Origin: Escherichia phage chee24
Sequence record: NC_047885.1
Reading direction: 5' to 3' (one strand)
Length of the DNA: 64,000 nucleotides
The stretch's first letter is position 1. Each line of letters starts with the position of its first letter. A program made the translations under genes and the position numbers. Under the pieces are notes generated by a model. It was not told where the DNA came from and ran no database searches. It worked only from the letters and a program-made list of their open reading frames with translations. This document shows positions 49,138 to 58,609 of the stretch, one piece after another.

Positions 49138-50454
49138 TTATTTACCACGGGAAATAGAGTAAATTCCATAGCGGAGCGCATCACAAAGGTGAGAATTAGC
49201 ATCATGACGTGGTTTTTCACGTGATAATTTCTCTTCACCTTCTTGGAAATCCCACTTATAGTTCTGCAATGCATGGATTAATGAGGAACATGAAGCATCT
49301 ACAATAATCTTGCCCTGCTGGAATAGCGCTTGCAGACATGCTAGGCCATCTAGGACAGATTTTTTAGCTGGAGCTGATGCAATTTCATGCTCGTAGGCTA
49401 AATCCTGGCGGAACTGAGCGGCGGCAGAGTCAACAAAAATACGATCAACTTTGTAACGATCTATACAATGCTGAATATAAGCAGCATGCTGGGCTGTAGT
49501 TTTTTCCGCCTGCTGGTACTCTTCTAATACATAGTAAGTATCCGTATCATAGTGATATTTAATAGTAAGAACTGCTGTAGGATCACGATAACCAACGTCA
49601 ATACCAAGCAACGTTTCGAATGCTTCATCATCTTTAAAGAAGTGACGCATACCTTTGAGGTCTTTAACATGATCTATAGCATTGAAGGTATCAAATATCT
49701 GTCCTTCAAATACAGAGAAGTCAGCCTCGTATTCTTGGCGGAAGTAGTTTTTACTAACTGTACGACGTGCTTCCTCAATATCATTCAAGTCGGCACGTGG
49801 GTTATCACGATATGTACCATGAATAGATACCCAGTTAGGCAACGTATCATCAAATCCGTAGGCGTAAAACTCTTTAAACCAGTTACCTCCACGAGGGGTA
49901 GAAATAAATAGAGCCTTAGAATTAGGTTTATCTAGAGTAGGACGCAGCTGAACCCTGAAGGCATCACCACCCACATCAGAAATTGCCGCCTCGTCAAAAA
50001 TGATAAAGTCATATGAACGTCCAACCGCGGAGTCAGCCTGAGCCGCGGAAGCTAGTTTAAATAGAGAACCATTAGCTAACTCAATCTCTTTATCTTTAGC
50101 GTTTTCACGTTCGGTTTGTAGGCCGTACTTCTTAATAAGACCACGAATCTGAGACCATCCGATATTGGCCAGTGAGTAGTTAGGGGCAACTACTAGTACC
50201 TTCACATTAGGTTCCAGCAATTTTAGGAACCCAAGTGTATACGCTATAAAAGATTTACCTACACGGCGTGATACACACGCCGTTACAAAACGATGTCTAG
50301 GGTCTTCTAGGGCATTGATAATTGCTATTTGAGGGCCATTAGGCGTGATACCCTCTTGTGCTAGTATTCCGGAAACAGGTAGACGAAAGAAACGTTTGTC
50401 TATTCCGAAATCAATAACATCTACTGTGTTAACATAGGGTCTTGACACTTCCAT
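49138..50454 (-). CDS. terminase large subunit
   Basis: 438 aa; N-terminal ATPase P-loop-like VSRRVGKSF and Walker B-like FIIFDEAA; C-terminal nuclease-like acidic residues. Confidence 0.8.
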   Translation of the reverse strand: MEVSRPYVNTVDVIDFGIDKRFFRLPVSGILAQEGITPNGPQIAIINALEDPRHRFVTACVSRRVGKSFIAYTLGFLKLLEPNVKVLVVAPNYSLANIGWSQIRGLIKKYGLQTERENAKDKEIELANGSLFKLASAAQADSAVGRSYDFIIFDEAAISDVGGDAFRVQLRPTLDKPNSKALFISTPRGGNWFKEFYAYGFDDTLPNWVSIHGTYRDNPRADLNDIEEARRTVSKNYFRQEYEADFSVFEGQIFDTFNAIDHVKDLKGMRHFFKDDEAFETLLGIDVGYRDPTAVLTIKYHYDTDTYYVLEEYQQAEKTTAQHAAYIQHCIDRYKVDRIFVDSAAAQFRQDLAYEHEIASAPAKKSVLDGLACLQALFQQGKIIVDASCSSLIHALQNYKWDFQEGEEKLSREKPRHDANSHLCDALRYGIYSISRGK

Positions 50455-50936
50455 TACTTCTTACCTCCAGTAGCTAGGGAAGTAATTAAGTCCATGTAGT
50501 TTTGATCCCCAGCTCCAGCAATAATGTTATTCTGGATATTGGTCTGATTAGCAGGAGCACGGACAGCAGCTTTAGCTTTCTCTAACTCTACCATCATCTT
50601 CATTTCTTCCATCTTCATTTTGTGAGCCTTCCAGAGAATATCCATAATATCCTGGTCAGAACCCATGCCAGTTTCTTCTAGCTCCTCTAGCTTACGCTTA
50701 ATAACTTCATCCAGAACACCAAATAAACGATCTCTATTACGGAACCCACTCTCCATAAAAATATCATTTAAGTAGTTCTTAACTTCACTACGATTCATAA
50801 TATCTCGGAAAGCAATTTCAGACATTCCAAGACTACGTGCTGCGGCAGGCACATCGCTGCCACACTGTAAATAAGCTTCAATCACATCCATCCCTTCAGG
50901 GGACATAAGATCTGGTACTAATACATCATTTGCCAT
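50454..50936 (-). CDS. terminase small subunit (putative)
   Basis: 160 aa immediately upstream of the large terminase with overlapping stop/start; HTH-like [17 protein letters not shown]. Confidence 0.5.
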   Translation of the reverse strand: MANDVLVPDLMSPEGMDVIEAYLQCGSDVPAAARSLGMSEIAFRDIMNRSEVKNYLNDIFMESGFRNRDRLFGVLDEVIKRKLEELEETGMGSDQDIMDILWKAHKMKMEEMKMMVELEKAKAAVRAPANQTNIQNNIIAGAGDQNYMDLITSLATGGKK

Positions 50937-50946
50937 ATTTCCTCCT

Positions 50947-52704
50947 TTAGGTAAGGCGTTGAACTGTTACTCTTAATCTAGGTAGGAAAACTGCGCTACC
51001 CAAACTCACGTGCATAACTACTCCTAACTCCACATTTCCATTTCCTAAATTTTTAATAGTGTATATAAAACTGTTTCTACTTAGAGCATTGTTAGGTGTA
51101 TATCTAAAAGCAGATGTAGTATGAAAAGGTACTAGATAGCCCACAGGTAGCGTTAAAATCTGGTGGAATATTGCATCCCCGCCGCTATAGCTATATGCTC
51201 TTCTTCCTTGCACTTGAAACACACCATTATTCCATGTATTAGCTGGAACACCCGCACAATTAAGATTACCTGATATAACTTCAGTAGTAAGAATTACTGT
51301 AGCATTTCCGCCTGGTATACCTAGCCCAATAGTTGATAAACCAACGTATCTATCACCCGTTCCTGGGTAGCTGGGAGTAATATCATCTCCCATATAAGAA
51401 CTACCTACATTTCCACCAAAAAGTCGCAGTGGAACTGCTGAGGGTCCCCAAACAACTCCATGCTCATTACCAATAGTATTATCGTTAGAGTTTACATACC
51501 ACTGTTTACCTACTCCGAATCTATAAATACTAATTTGAGATTTAGCTCCTCCATAATCTACAGGAGACCACAACCCTCCATTACTAGACCCTACAAGTTC
51601 ACATCTTGCCGTGGTATCACCAAAAACCCCGGTATACGCTGCGTTATTTCCTATATACTCCATATCAGGACGGTAACCTAGGTTACCAAAAGCATTCTGA
51701 TTTATAAATTTATATCCGGTATTAGGGAGACTCACCCCTTTAATTATGAAGTTAGAAGGCGATATAAGAATATCAGAACCAGTAAAGGGGTTGCCTGAAA
51801 TACTCATTCCACCATTAGAGTACCTTAAATTAAGAACATACCAAATAACCTTAGTAGGAGTTATATTATACCAGTCCTGTATTACCGTAGGATTGCCAGA
51901 CTGGTTGGCCAGATTAGTAGTAGATCCCCTACAAACAAATCTGTTCCCACCGTCGTGGTACATAGTATTTACATTACCTGGGAGCCCTTGCCTAACCCCA
52001 CCATATCCACGTATATTAGAATTGCAGACATAAAACCAATCATGCCCTCTATGCGCTGCTCCTAGAGGTGACATCCATCCAGGATCCCAATAGTACGGGT
52101 TATTGCCATCTATAGGTACTGTGCTACTATTAGTAGGAAAACCTAATTGTGCAAAAGCTTCTGCAACAGTAATACCTACAGGAGCTCCCGCACCGGGCCT
52201 AACTATCCCATGGTAGGTACTATGTAACGTAGTACCCCCTGTACCACTCCTAGAGATAGATTCTTCGTGCCCTAGAGAGGGATTATAATTATAAGTGCCG
52301 GATGCTAGACTATTACCAAAGGCAAATCCACTGGTTTGAGAAACACTAGCAAAAGATCTAAAGGGATCTGCTTGAGTGGCAACTATAGTTTGACCAACCT
52401 TACTCTGAGTACCATTAAGAAAAGCTCTGTGAGTGCCGTTAATTTCAATAGCAGTTAGTATAACTCTACCAGGATCATTAGATTTAATATTTACTATATC
52501 AGGAGGCATCTGACATACGAAAAACCCATTTCCGGCATCACCTAATCCTACCTCATAAGTACCATCAACTAGAACAAATGGCATATCACTATGAAAAATA
52601 CTATTGGCATTTGGACTATAGTGACGATTAATGTCACCACCAGATTCAGTATTTAAAGATAGTACGGTCTTACCATCGCTATATTTTCCAGCGAAAAAAC
52701 CCAT
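50947..52704 (-). CDS. receptor-binding tail protein (T5 pb5-like)
   Basis: 585 aa, Gly/Asn/Ser/Thr-rich beta protein; divergently adjacent to the llp-like lipoprotein gene, the conserved RBP/llp arrangement of T5-like phages. Confidence 0.55.
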   Translation of the reverse strand: MGFFAGKYSDGKTVLSLNTESGGDINRHYSPNANSIFHSDMPFVLVDGTYEVGLGDAGNGFFVCQMPPDIVNIKSNDPGRVILTAIEINGTHRAFLNGTQSKVGQTIVATQADPFRSFASVSQTSGFAFGNSLASGTYNYNPSLGHEESISRSGTGGTTLHSTYHGIVRPGAGAPVGITVAEAFAQLGFPTNSSTVPIDGNNPYYWDPGWMSPLGAAHRGHDWFYVCNSNIRGYGGVRQGLPGNVNTMYHDGGNRFVCRGSTTNLANQSGNPTVIQDWYNITPTKVIWYVLNLRYSNGGMSISGNPFTGSDILISPSNFIIKGVSLPNTGYKFINQNAFGNLGYRPDMEYIGNNAAYTGVFGDTTARCELVGSSNGGLWSPVDYGGAKSQISIYRFGVGKQWYVNSNDNTIGNEHGVVWGPSAVPLRLFGGNVGSSYMGDDITPSYPGTGDRYVGLSTIGLGIPGGNATVILTTEVISGNLNCAGVPANTWNNGVFQVQGRRAYSYSGGDAIFHQILTLPVGYLVPFHTTSAFRYTPNNALSRNSFIYTIKNLGNGNVELGVVMHVSLGSAVFLPRLRVTVQRLT

Positions 52705-52729
52705 ATAATCTCCTATTATAAAAATGTAT

Positions 52730-52758
52730 TTGCTTTCATCTCTCTATTTTGCTATAAT
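52730..52758 (+). promoter_or_regulatory. sigma70-type promoter for the llp-like gene
   Basis: TTGCTT TCATCTCTCTATTTTGC TATAAT then AGATTCATAAATTAGAAATGGAGAG; near-duplicate of the PN25-like promoter. Confidence 0.7.
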
Positions 52759-52789
52759 AGATTCATAAATTAGAAATGGAGAGATAAAT

Positions 52790-53056
52790 ATGAAAAAGTT
52801 TGTGATTGCACTAGTTGCCACAGTTATGTTATCTGGTTGTGCACCTGCCCCCAAACCATTTTGTATGGGATTTGTAAAATCTTTTGGTGGTGCGGGAGAG
52901 GAACATTACGGCCTCAAGGTTCAAAAAGTTCGTATTAAGGGAGATCGCTTTCCAGTAGTACAGCTCCGTACTAAGTTTGGGTGGTGGGATCTCAGTCAGT
53001 TTGACCTTAAATATGGTGATTGTAAATTTAAACTAGAGCAATCTAATTACCTGTAA
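52790..53056 (+). CDS. llp: Llp-like lipoprotein (candidate receptor-blocking superinfection-exclusion protein)
   Basis: 88 aa; signal peptide with lipobox MKKFVIALVATVMLSGC; strong T5-type promoter and RBS GGAGAG; adjacent to the RBP gene. Confidence 0.7.
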   Translation: MKKFVIALVATVMLSGCAPAPKPFCMGFVKSFGGAGEEHYGLKVQKVRIKGDRFPVVQLRTKFGWWDLSQFDLKYGDCKFKLEQSNYL

Positions 53057-53232
53057 TTAGTATAAAACAAAAAGACATCCAAGTAAACTAAATTTTTTAT
53101 TTCTTGGACGGTATACTGGCAGAAAACACTATATAAGAAAAGTAGAAGTCCTTCTAGGAGTTCATAGGCACGGTTGGTTGTGCACAAGTTATAGGATATT
53201 TCAAATACCACACTTATAGGAGCATGAAAGAT

Positions 53233-53361
53233 ATGTCAAACAAAAGAAAGAGCAGACGCGGAGAGGTGTACGATAGCTGGATTAATAGTTTTGGACTTGG
53301 GACTATCCTATTCTTTATTTTCGTAGGTTTTTGGTTAGCAGCTATGGCGGGGTGGATTTAA
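53233..53361 (+). CDS. small single-pass membrane protein (42 aa)
   Basis: Not in the >=60-aa ORF track. ATG at 53233 (alternative in-frame ATG at 53224) after TAGGAG; basic N-terminus then a hydrophobic helix (ILFFIFVGFWLAAMAGWI); stop overlaps the next start (TAATG). Confidence 0.4.
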   Translation: MSNKRKSRRGEVYDSWINSFGLGTILFFIFVGFWLAAMAGWI

Positions 53362-53468
53362 TGGAATGGGTAATTATTGCATTACTAGGGGTTGTGATTA
53401 TTGGGCAATGTATTTTAGATAATCACTTAGCTAGAATTGAAACTTTATTAACGGAGAAACGTAAATGA
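53361..53468 (+). CDS. small single-pass membrane protein (35 aa)
   Basis: Not in the ORF track. N-terminal hydrophobic helix MEWVIIALLGVVIIG; translationally coupled to flanking ORFs. Confidence 0.4.
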   Translation: MEWVIIALLGVVIIGQCILDNHLARIETLLTEKRK

Positions 53469-53659
53469 TGGAAGTAGTAGCTACACTAATAGTAATACTA
53501 GTCTGGGCAACTTTCATTGTTTCTTATAACGCGTATGTTCGCCTAAAAACCCTAGAGGCTCAGGTAAAACAGCAACAATTTGCTATAGAAAAAGTAGTAG
53601 AACTGCAACGTTGTGATAGTATCCGTATTCTGCAAATTGAGAGGGAGTTAGATGTTTAG
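53465..53659 (+). CDS. small membrane protein (64 aa)
   Basis: N-terminal TM helix (VVATLIVILVWATFIV) then a coiled-coil-like tail; ATGA overlap with the upstream stop. Confidence 0.45.
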   Translation: MMEVVATLIVILVWATFIVSYNAYVRLKTLEAQVKQQQFAIEKVVELQRCDSIRILQIERELDV

Positions 53660-53897
53660 TATTGTAATTGCTTTTATTATCGGGGTAATCGCGGGAGTTT
53701 TCGGGACGACTGCGGCAATCAATAAGCATCGTAAATATATTGCGGAAGTATCGCGGGAGATTGCGGAAAGGGAGCGGAAGTTTGACGAGAAACGTGAGAA
53801 GTTTGAGCGGGAGTGGTCGGATGGATCTCGGGCGTCGCGGAAGAGATTCCGTGAGTTCAGACCAGAACACAGGTTTGATGACCCTTCTATGCGCTAA
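53652..53897 (+). CDS. small membrane protein (81 aa) with charged C-terminal tail
   Basis: N-terminal TM helix (MFSIVIAFIIGVIAGVFG) then an Arg/Glu/Lys-rich segment; GC-rich codon usage unlike the early/late regions. Confidence 0.45.
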   Translation: MFSIVIAFIIGVIAGVFGTTAAINKHRKYIAEVSREIAERERKFDEKREKFEREWSDGSRASRKRFREFRPEHRFDDPSMR

Positions 53898-53954
53898 TTT
53901 GACTTTTGCCAAATTTCATAAGATTACACATGGAGGTGTGTCCAGTGGCCCTCC

Positions 53955-54000
53955 AGATGAGAATGAGTCTCATTACCGCCCGGTACTTAGCAGGCTAATA
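53955..54000. repeat. about 45-bp element (ATGAGAATGAGTCTCAT palindrome + TTAGCAGGCTAA), homologous to 63183..63235
   Basis: About 80 percent identical by eye to the element at 63183-63235, same orientation, about 9.2 kb away. Confidence 0.45.
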
Positions 54001-54048
54001 GTCACGGCATGTTATCATTACACACCGTGACTATTTCAACTTTAATTA

Positions 54049-54783
54049 TTACGCAACTTTTAATTTCTCAATATATTGTTGCGGGCTGCAACTATATTCT
54101 GCGCGTTCTTCTTCGGTCATACCTTCCCAACATAATTGCAGGCGGTCGGCTAGGAACTGATAATCATTATCATCCTCAAGAGATTCATCAATAAAGGTTT
54201 CACCTATCAATGTCACGCCGATTGATAGAATATCGTTAACGGCTTGTGCGTCCAGCGTTTTAAATCCGTATGACGCTGCCGCTGATAGCACGCCTTTATG
54301 ATCATCAATCATTGTAAAATCAGCGTTCGGATATAATTGTTTGAATAGCCCAAAATAGTAACTTTTATAAACTGCGTCTTTGCTGTGGTATATCTCGCTA
54401 ACTTTATCAGCCTCAAAATATTTGTGTAGTGTATCGCGGGAAAATACACGGATATTACTATCACCACGACCGCGCAAGCCTTGTTTGCGCAAATAATAAT
54501 AGTCCGACTTGCTCATCAGTCGAGCGGTGCAAATAATGTTTAATGTATTTGCGTCATTCATGCACTGGCGCATATATGTAACAAGGGGCAATAAAGTATC
54601 TTGCATTATTAAATCATGTTTGCAGGCTTCATTTTTATACTTATTTAAATCTAAATTGCCCTCGCTATCAAAGCAAGGCGCTACACGATGGAAAGAATTA
54701 ATGATAGTGCCGTCCAGATCCCAAATCATGACGCGGGAAATATGCGGGAAATTACGGGTAATATTCATTTTAACTTGATTCAT
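54049..54783 (-). CDS. HAD-superfamily phosphatase, candidate 5'-deoxyribonucleotidase (T5 Dmp-like)
   Basis: 244 aa; HAD motif I IWDLDGTIINS; pre-early position next to the A1-like gene. Specific substrate is inferred from T5 knowledge. Confidence 0.5.
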   Translation of the reverse strand: MNQVKMNITRNFPHISRVMIWDLDGTIINSFHRVAPCFDSEGNLDLNKYKNEACKHDLIMQDTLLPLVTYMRQCMNDANTLNIICTARLMSKSDYYYLRKQGLRGRGDSNIRVFSRDTLHKYFEADKVSEIYHSKDAVYKSYYFGLFKQLYPNADFTMIDDHKGVLSAAASYGFKTLDAQAVNDILSIGVTLIGETFIDESLEDDNDYQFLADRLQLCWEGMTEEERAEYSCSPQQYIEKLKVA

Positions 54784-54863
54784 TTTGTTACGTTCTCCAT
54801 TAAAGGGATTAGATTAATTCAGCATTACCCGCTATTTATAAGCGGGTAATAATAAATTAACTA

Positions 54864-55256
54864 TTAAAGACCATACGCCAACGCATCAGCAATAAAACTA
54901 ATATCTTCACCAGATACACCGGAACGAATCCCCGCACAAGTATATACCTTTGCGCTGGTCAATTGATCATCGAGGCAAGCGGGGCAAGGTGCGACTACTG
55001 CGAAAGCTAAACCAGATTTTACCGCGTCAATAATGATGGTTTCTTGTTTCACCGTATCAACATAAACGCCTGCGGCCTTAATGTAACTACTTGCGCGGCC
55101 TTGCGTATAGGCAAAGGTAGTAACCTGCAAAGCGTCATTGAAATCTAATAGGTCATCAATAACGTGCCCCGCCTCGACGTGGTAACGTTCGCCATTAGAA
55201 TAAACCAGAACAATTGAGGATTGAGCGCGATCGAATGGAATATTTTGCTTTTTCAT
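54864..55256 (-). CDS. hypothetical protein with a possible zinc-deaminase-like signature
   Basis: 130 aa; contains HVEAGH and APCPAC, reminiscent of the H-x-E ... PCxxC zinc ligands of cytidine/dCMP deaminases, but with atypical spacing. Confidence 0.4.
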   Translation of the reverse strand: MKKQNIPFDRAQSSIVLVYSNGERYHVEAGHVIDDLLDFNDALQVTTFAYTQGRASSYIKAAGVYVDTVKQETIIIDAVKSGLAFAVVAPCPACLDDQLTSAKVYTCAGIRSGVSGEDISFIADALAYGL

Positions 55257-55294
55257 ATTTATAAAACTCCAATTAGTTTAATAAGGGGTTTAAT

Positions 55295-55585
55295 TTACTT
55301 GATAATAATTTGCATTTGATACGGCGTTAATTCACCGTTTACGGGTAAATTATTATCGCTTAGCCACTCATAAAAAGCACCATCATCATCAAAAGGGACA
55401 ATATCGTTATCACGGGAATCGACGGAAATAATACCATCCGTATTAGTTTTGGCGGCTAGGATAGGCCCGAAGCTGTAAACTTTATCAGATTCCATTTCAT
55501 CCGGTGAAATGAATACTTTTTCGTCCAATGTTTTGGGTAATGTAACTTTCATTTTTTGACTCCTATAATAGCGGCTATATTTCAA
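55295..55585 (-). CDS. hypothetical protein
   Basis: 96-aa ORF between the A1-like gene and 54864..55256; no motifs recognised. Confidence 0.45.
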   Translation of the reverse strand: MKYSRYYRSQKMKVTLPKTLDEKVFISPDEMESDKVYSFGPILAAKTNTDGIISVDSRDNDIVPFDDDGAFYEWLSDNNLPVNGELTPYQMQIIIK

Positions 55586-55605
55586 GCCGCTAGGGTATTA
55601 ATTAT

Positions 55606-57270
55606 TTACGCGAAAAATTTACCGTTTTTAAAGTCGATCAAAGTGCGCTGACCGTTTGCATAGGTAATAACATGCGTTTGCGTCCAGCTTGACGCGCCAA
55701 CGTTGTAACCCATGTCCAGACTACCAGACACGCCAGCGGTGTATACGCCGCCGTAAATGCTGGCGGTATGAGTGTGCCCCGTGTTTAATTTGCCCAATTT
55801 CTTAAACTGTTTCGGATTGCCACGGCTCCCGTTTATGCCATTGTGACCGTGTACGCCGCATTCAATACCTGCAATCTTGAAAGATTGATCAGTGGTCAGA
55901 AAAATGGCGTTAAATTCACAACCTGCAACCTTGCGCAGCGCATAATCTAGCACGTTGAAAGTATCGTCATGATCACCGATTGCCGCGTAAATTGCAGCAT
56001 TTAGGCGGTGATATAGTTCCGCGTTTGCTGGATCGTCTTTAATGTTAGCATTACGATCATCTAACCAGCGGGATAGCGCCAGATCATGATTAGACTCAAC
56101 AATGATTGTTTGCGAAAAATCGCGCTCCATTGACTCCAGCACGCGACCGGTATCGATAAGATCATCCAGAACTTTATCACGTCCGGCGGCATACTGTTTT
56201 GCTAGGAATACACCCGAAGCGCGGTTGTGATGGTTGCGTGATGTAAAGTCGTGAACGTCATGGATAAACTGATATTTTGGTTTAAGAATATCAAGCAAGC
56301 TATTTTCGCCAGCCCATGACGCAACGGCGCAAGCGTCATCCAATTTTTCGGCGTGTACGTCGCCATATTGTAAACCTAAAACGTGCCCCGTTGTTTCATA
56401 ACATCCGGCGGGAGTGGCGCAAACATTCAGATCATAAAACACCCCGCTTTCGTCCATTGTTTCAAGCTGGCGCACAAAAAACTCACCGTCTTCGTCGAAC
56501 TCAACAATCAGCGCCCCGAAATTATGCAGTGCTTCCGCTTTCTGTCCTGCTTTCTGCTGAATGTAGTTTTTAAGCGTTGCCGTTCCGGTTGAATACATAC
56601 GGCGCACAATTTCACCTTTTAAAGCTGGAACGCTTTCGGCGGTAATTTTTGCCGCTCCAATTGCCAGACCTTCGATATTTAAAGCCGTTGCAGTTTCTGC
56701 AAATCCAGAAAGCGGATAATCTGCGGTTGGCAAAACATTAATTTCAGCCATGAAAGCAAAGCGGCGGTTATTTAAAAACACGTTTTTGCTGCAAATATAT
56801 TTATCGAACGCGGAATCATATTTGATTCCGTCGGCGCCCTCGCCATTTTGAAAACCGTTTTTATTATAAATATACTTGCTAACTAGCAAATCAGCACCAA
56901 TAAATTGGGCGTATTGTTCAAGCGAGGCTAAAAAGTTTTTATGAGGGAACGTATTATTCTGAATCGATGTAATAATAAAGCGTTTACCCTGCTTTACTTC
57001 CCATTGTTCAACCGTGCTAGAAACAATCCCCGCCGCTTCTGGGCGCTCATCGTTTTTAATGGCTTTTGCTACTTTCGCCGCTTTCGGTTTCGCTGGTTTA
57101 TTTGCTTCCAGCCAATCGCAAATTGCGGTGGAGTGTTTTGTTGTATCATAAACCGCTTTAGAAATATCGTCGCACACTTCCAGCTTAGTAGCGCGCAGGC
57201 GTTTACCGTAGAAATTGAAATCAGCGGCCATTTTCAGGATAACGGTTTGTTTTTCTGCGGAAATAACCAT
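55606..57270 (-). CDS. A1-like pre-early protein with calcineurin-like metallophosphatase motifs
   Basis: 554 aa; metallophosphoesterase motifs LQYGDVHAE, IVESNHD and GHTHTASIYGG; size and context match T5 A1 as I remember it. Confidence 0.65.
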   Translation of the reverse strand: MVISAEKQTVILKMAADFNFYGKRLRATKLEVCDDISKAVYDTTKHSTAICDWLEANKPAKPKAAKVAKAIKNDERPEAAGIVSSTVEQWEVKQGKRFIITSIQNNTFPHKNFLASLEQYAQFIGADLLVSKYIYNKNGFQNGEGADGIKYDSAFDKYICSKNVFLNNRRFAFMAEINVLPTADYPLSGFAETATALNIEGLAIGAAKITAESVPALKGEIVRRMYSTGTATLKNYIQQKAGQKAEALHNFGALIVEFDEDGEFFVRQLETMDESGVFYDLNVCATPAGCYETTGHVLGLQYGDVHAEKLDDACAVASWAGENSLLDILKPKYQFIHDVHDFTSRNHHNRASGVFLAKQYAAGRDKVLDDLIDTGRVLESMERDFSQTIIVESNHDLALSRWLDDRNANIKDDPANAELYHRLNAAIYAAIGDHDDTFNVLDYALRKVAGCEFNAIFLTTDQSFKIAGIECGVHGHNGINGSRGNPKQFKKLGKLNTGHTHTASIYGGVYTAGVSGSLDMGYNVGASSWTQTHVITYANGQRTLIDFKNGKFFA

Positions 57271-57368
57271 AATAATAAAACTCCATTAAAGGGATTAAAA
57301 AACGTTTGTTATTGGCAAATATTGCCAAATATAACGCCGCTCATTTACAGCGTTATAATTTGCAACAT

Positions 57369-57566
57369 TTAACTAATTGGCACTAGGCTAGAACTAACAC
57401 CACAAACAACGGCAGCAATAAAACAAAGTAAGCCCAAACGCTTTGCTAATTTAGATTTACGTTTAAAATAATACGAATCTAAATCATTTTGAAAATAAGC
57501 GAACAATAGGGAGGCCGCTACAATAAATAAGCCTAAAATTAGCGATTCAGTGGGAAAGAAAACCAT
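57369..57566 (-). CDS. small membrane protein (two predicted TM helices)
   Basis: Start moved to the ATG at 57566 (RBS GGAG); the track ORF extends to 57614. Hydrophobic segments LILGLFIVAASLLFAYF and LGLLCFIAAVVCGVSSSL. Confidence 0.4.
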   Translation of the reverse strand: MVFFPTESLILGLFIVAASLLFAYFQNDLDSYYFKRKSKLAKRLGLLCFIAAVVCGVSSSLVPIS

Positions 57567-57623
57567 TTTAATAACTCCAGTCAAAGGGAAATTATAGTGG
57601 GGAATATTCCCCACTAATTAAAT

Positions 57624-58031
57624 TTATTCGCCTGCGGCTTGTTTTACTTCATCGGCAACGCCTAACAGTTGCGCCACGGCGTCCAGCGTTTCTAATTTTG
57701 CGCTTTCCAGCGATGCCAGATCGTCGGCGTCTTTGATAATGCCGGAATCAATAGCATGTTTAGCGATAACGCGCACATAGTGAGCCTTACGAATTGAACT
57801 GCCGCCGCCAACTTTGCGCGGCTTATCGCTTTTCTGGTACGCTTTTGCGCTGGTCAATTTTGAGCGAACAGACACGGGAGAAGCCGCACCAACTGTTTTT
57901 GCGATCTCTTTCAGGCCGTCGCTGTTGGCGAACTCCAAGCCGTTTTCATTGATCAACTGTTGATACATGGTAACAGCCTGCTGGGTGTTTTCTTCATTCC
58001 AAGAGAATTTTGCGGTTTTAGCGTTAGTCAT
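57624..58031 (-). CDS. hypothetical pre-early protein (A2 position in T5-like phages)
   Basis: 135 aa immediately upstream (- strand) of the A1-like gene; GC-rich codon usage; identification as A2 is by synteny only. Confidence 0.45.
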   Translation of the reverse strand: MTNAKTAKFSWNEENTQQAVTMYQQLINENGLEFANSDGLKEIAKTVGAASPVSVRSKLTSAKAYQKSDKPRKVGGGSSIRKAHYVRVIAKHAIDSGIIKDADDLASLESAKLETLDAVAQLLGVADEVKQAAGE

Positions 58032-58129
58032 GATTATAACTCCTATTGATTTAATTTAAGGGATAAGATTAACATAATGTTAATCGTTATATACCCCGAA
58101 CTACTGGGGTATATAAAGTTAACACTAAA

Positions 58130-58381
58130 TTATAAAACAGCTTCCCATTTTTCGTTGCGCTGGGCAACCTTTACAACGTCGCCGGATTTAACCCGAACGC
58201 TATAAATAGTTTTCCCGTTGTTACTCCGTTCCGTTTCAGCGTATACCGCATCAATTACATCAAACGGCATAAGCGCCGCGCCTTTAATGCGTTCGGCCTT
58301 TCCGGTTAATTCGTCCGTTTTAGTAACGAAAGGAATAAAAACGGATTGACCAATTTTTGGCGCATTAGTAACGTTTTTCAT
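58130..58381 (-). CDS. hypothetical protein
   Basis: 83 aa; RBS GGAG; preceded by a 52-bp composite palindrome and followed by a GC-clamped hairpin. Confidence 0.45.
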   Translation of the reverse strand: MKNVTNAPKIGQSVFIPFVTKTDELTGKAERIKGAALMPFDVIDAVYAETERSNNGKTIYSVRVKSGDVVKVAQRNEKWEAVL

Positions 58382-58405
58382 GGTATAAACTCCAGTTTAT
58401 TCAGT

Positions 58406-58457
58406 GGATTGTTCCGCATTACCTGCTAGAAAGTAGCAGGTAATAAGCAACAATCCG
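58406..58457. promoter_or_regulatory. 52-bp composite palindrome (operator-like or 5'-UTR structure)
   Basis: GGATTGTT-CCGC-ATTACCTGCTA-GAAAG-TAGCAGGTAAT-AAGC-AACAATCC: perfect 11-bp inner arms and 8-bp outer arms, about 25 bp upstream of the start of 58130..58381. Confidence 0.55.
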
Positions 58458-58609
58458 CTCGCCATTATAATCAATTTAAAGAACTCCACTCAGGCCGCTA
58501 TATCCCAGTTAGGGGGCGGGACACATTATGGTAAGTGCCGACCGTCAAATTTTATCAAGTTATCGCTCTCATCGAACTGGGTACATCTTAAAGCCTATCG
58601 GCTAGGGTG

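Noticed and set aside
52705-52720. - strand TATAAT immediately upstream of the receptor-binding protein RBS as a late promoter
   Set aside because: The hexamer abuts the RBS, leaving no room for a transcription start and leader; more likely part of the AT-rich spacer or UP element of the divergent llp promoter.
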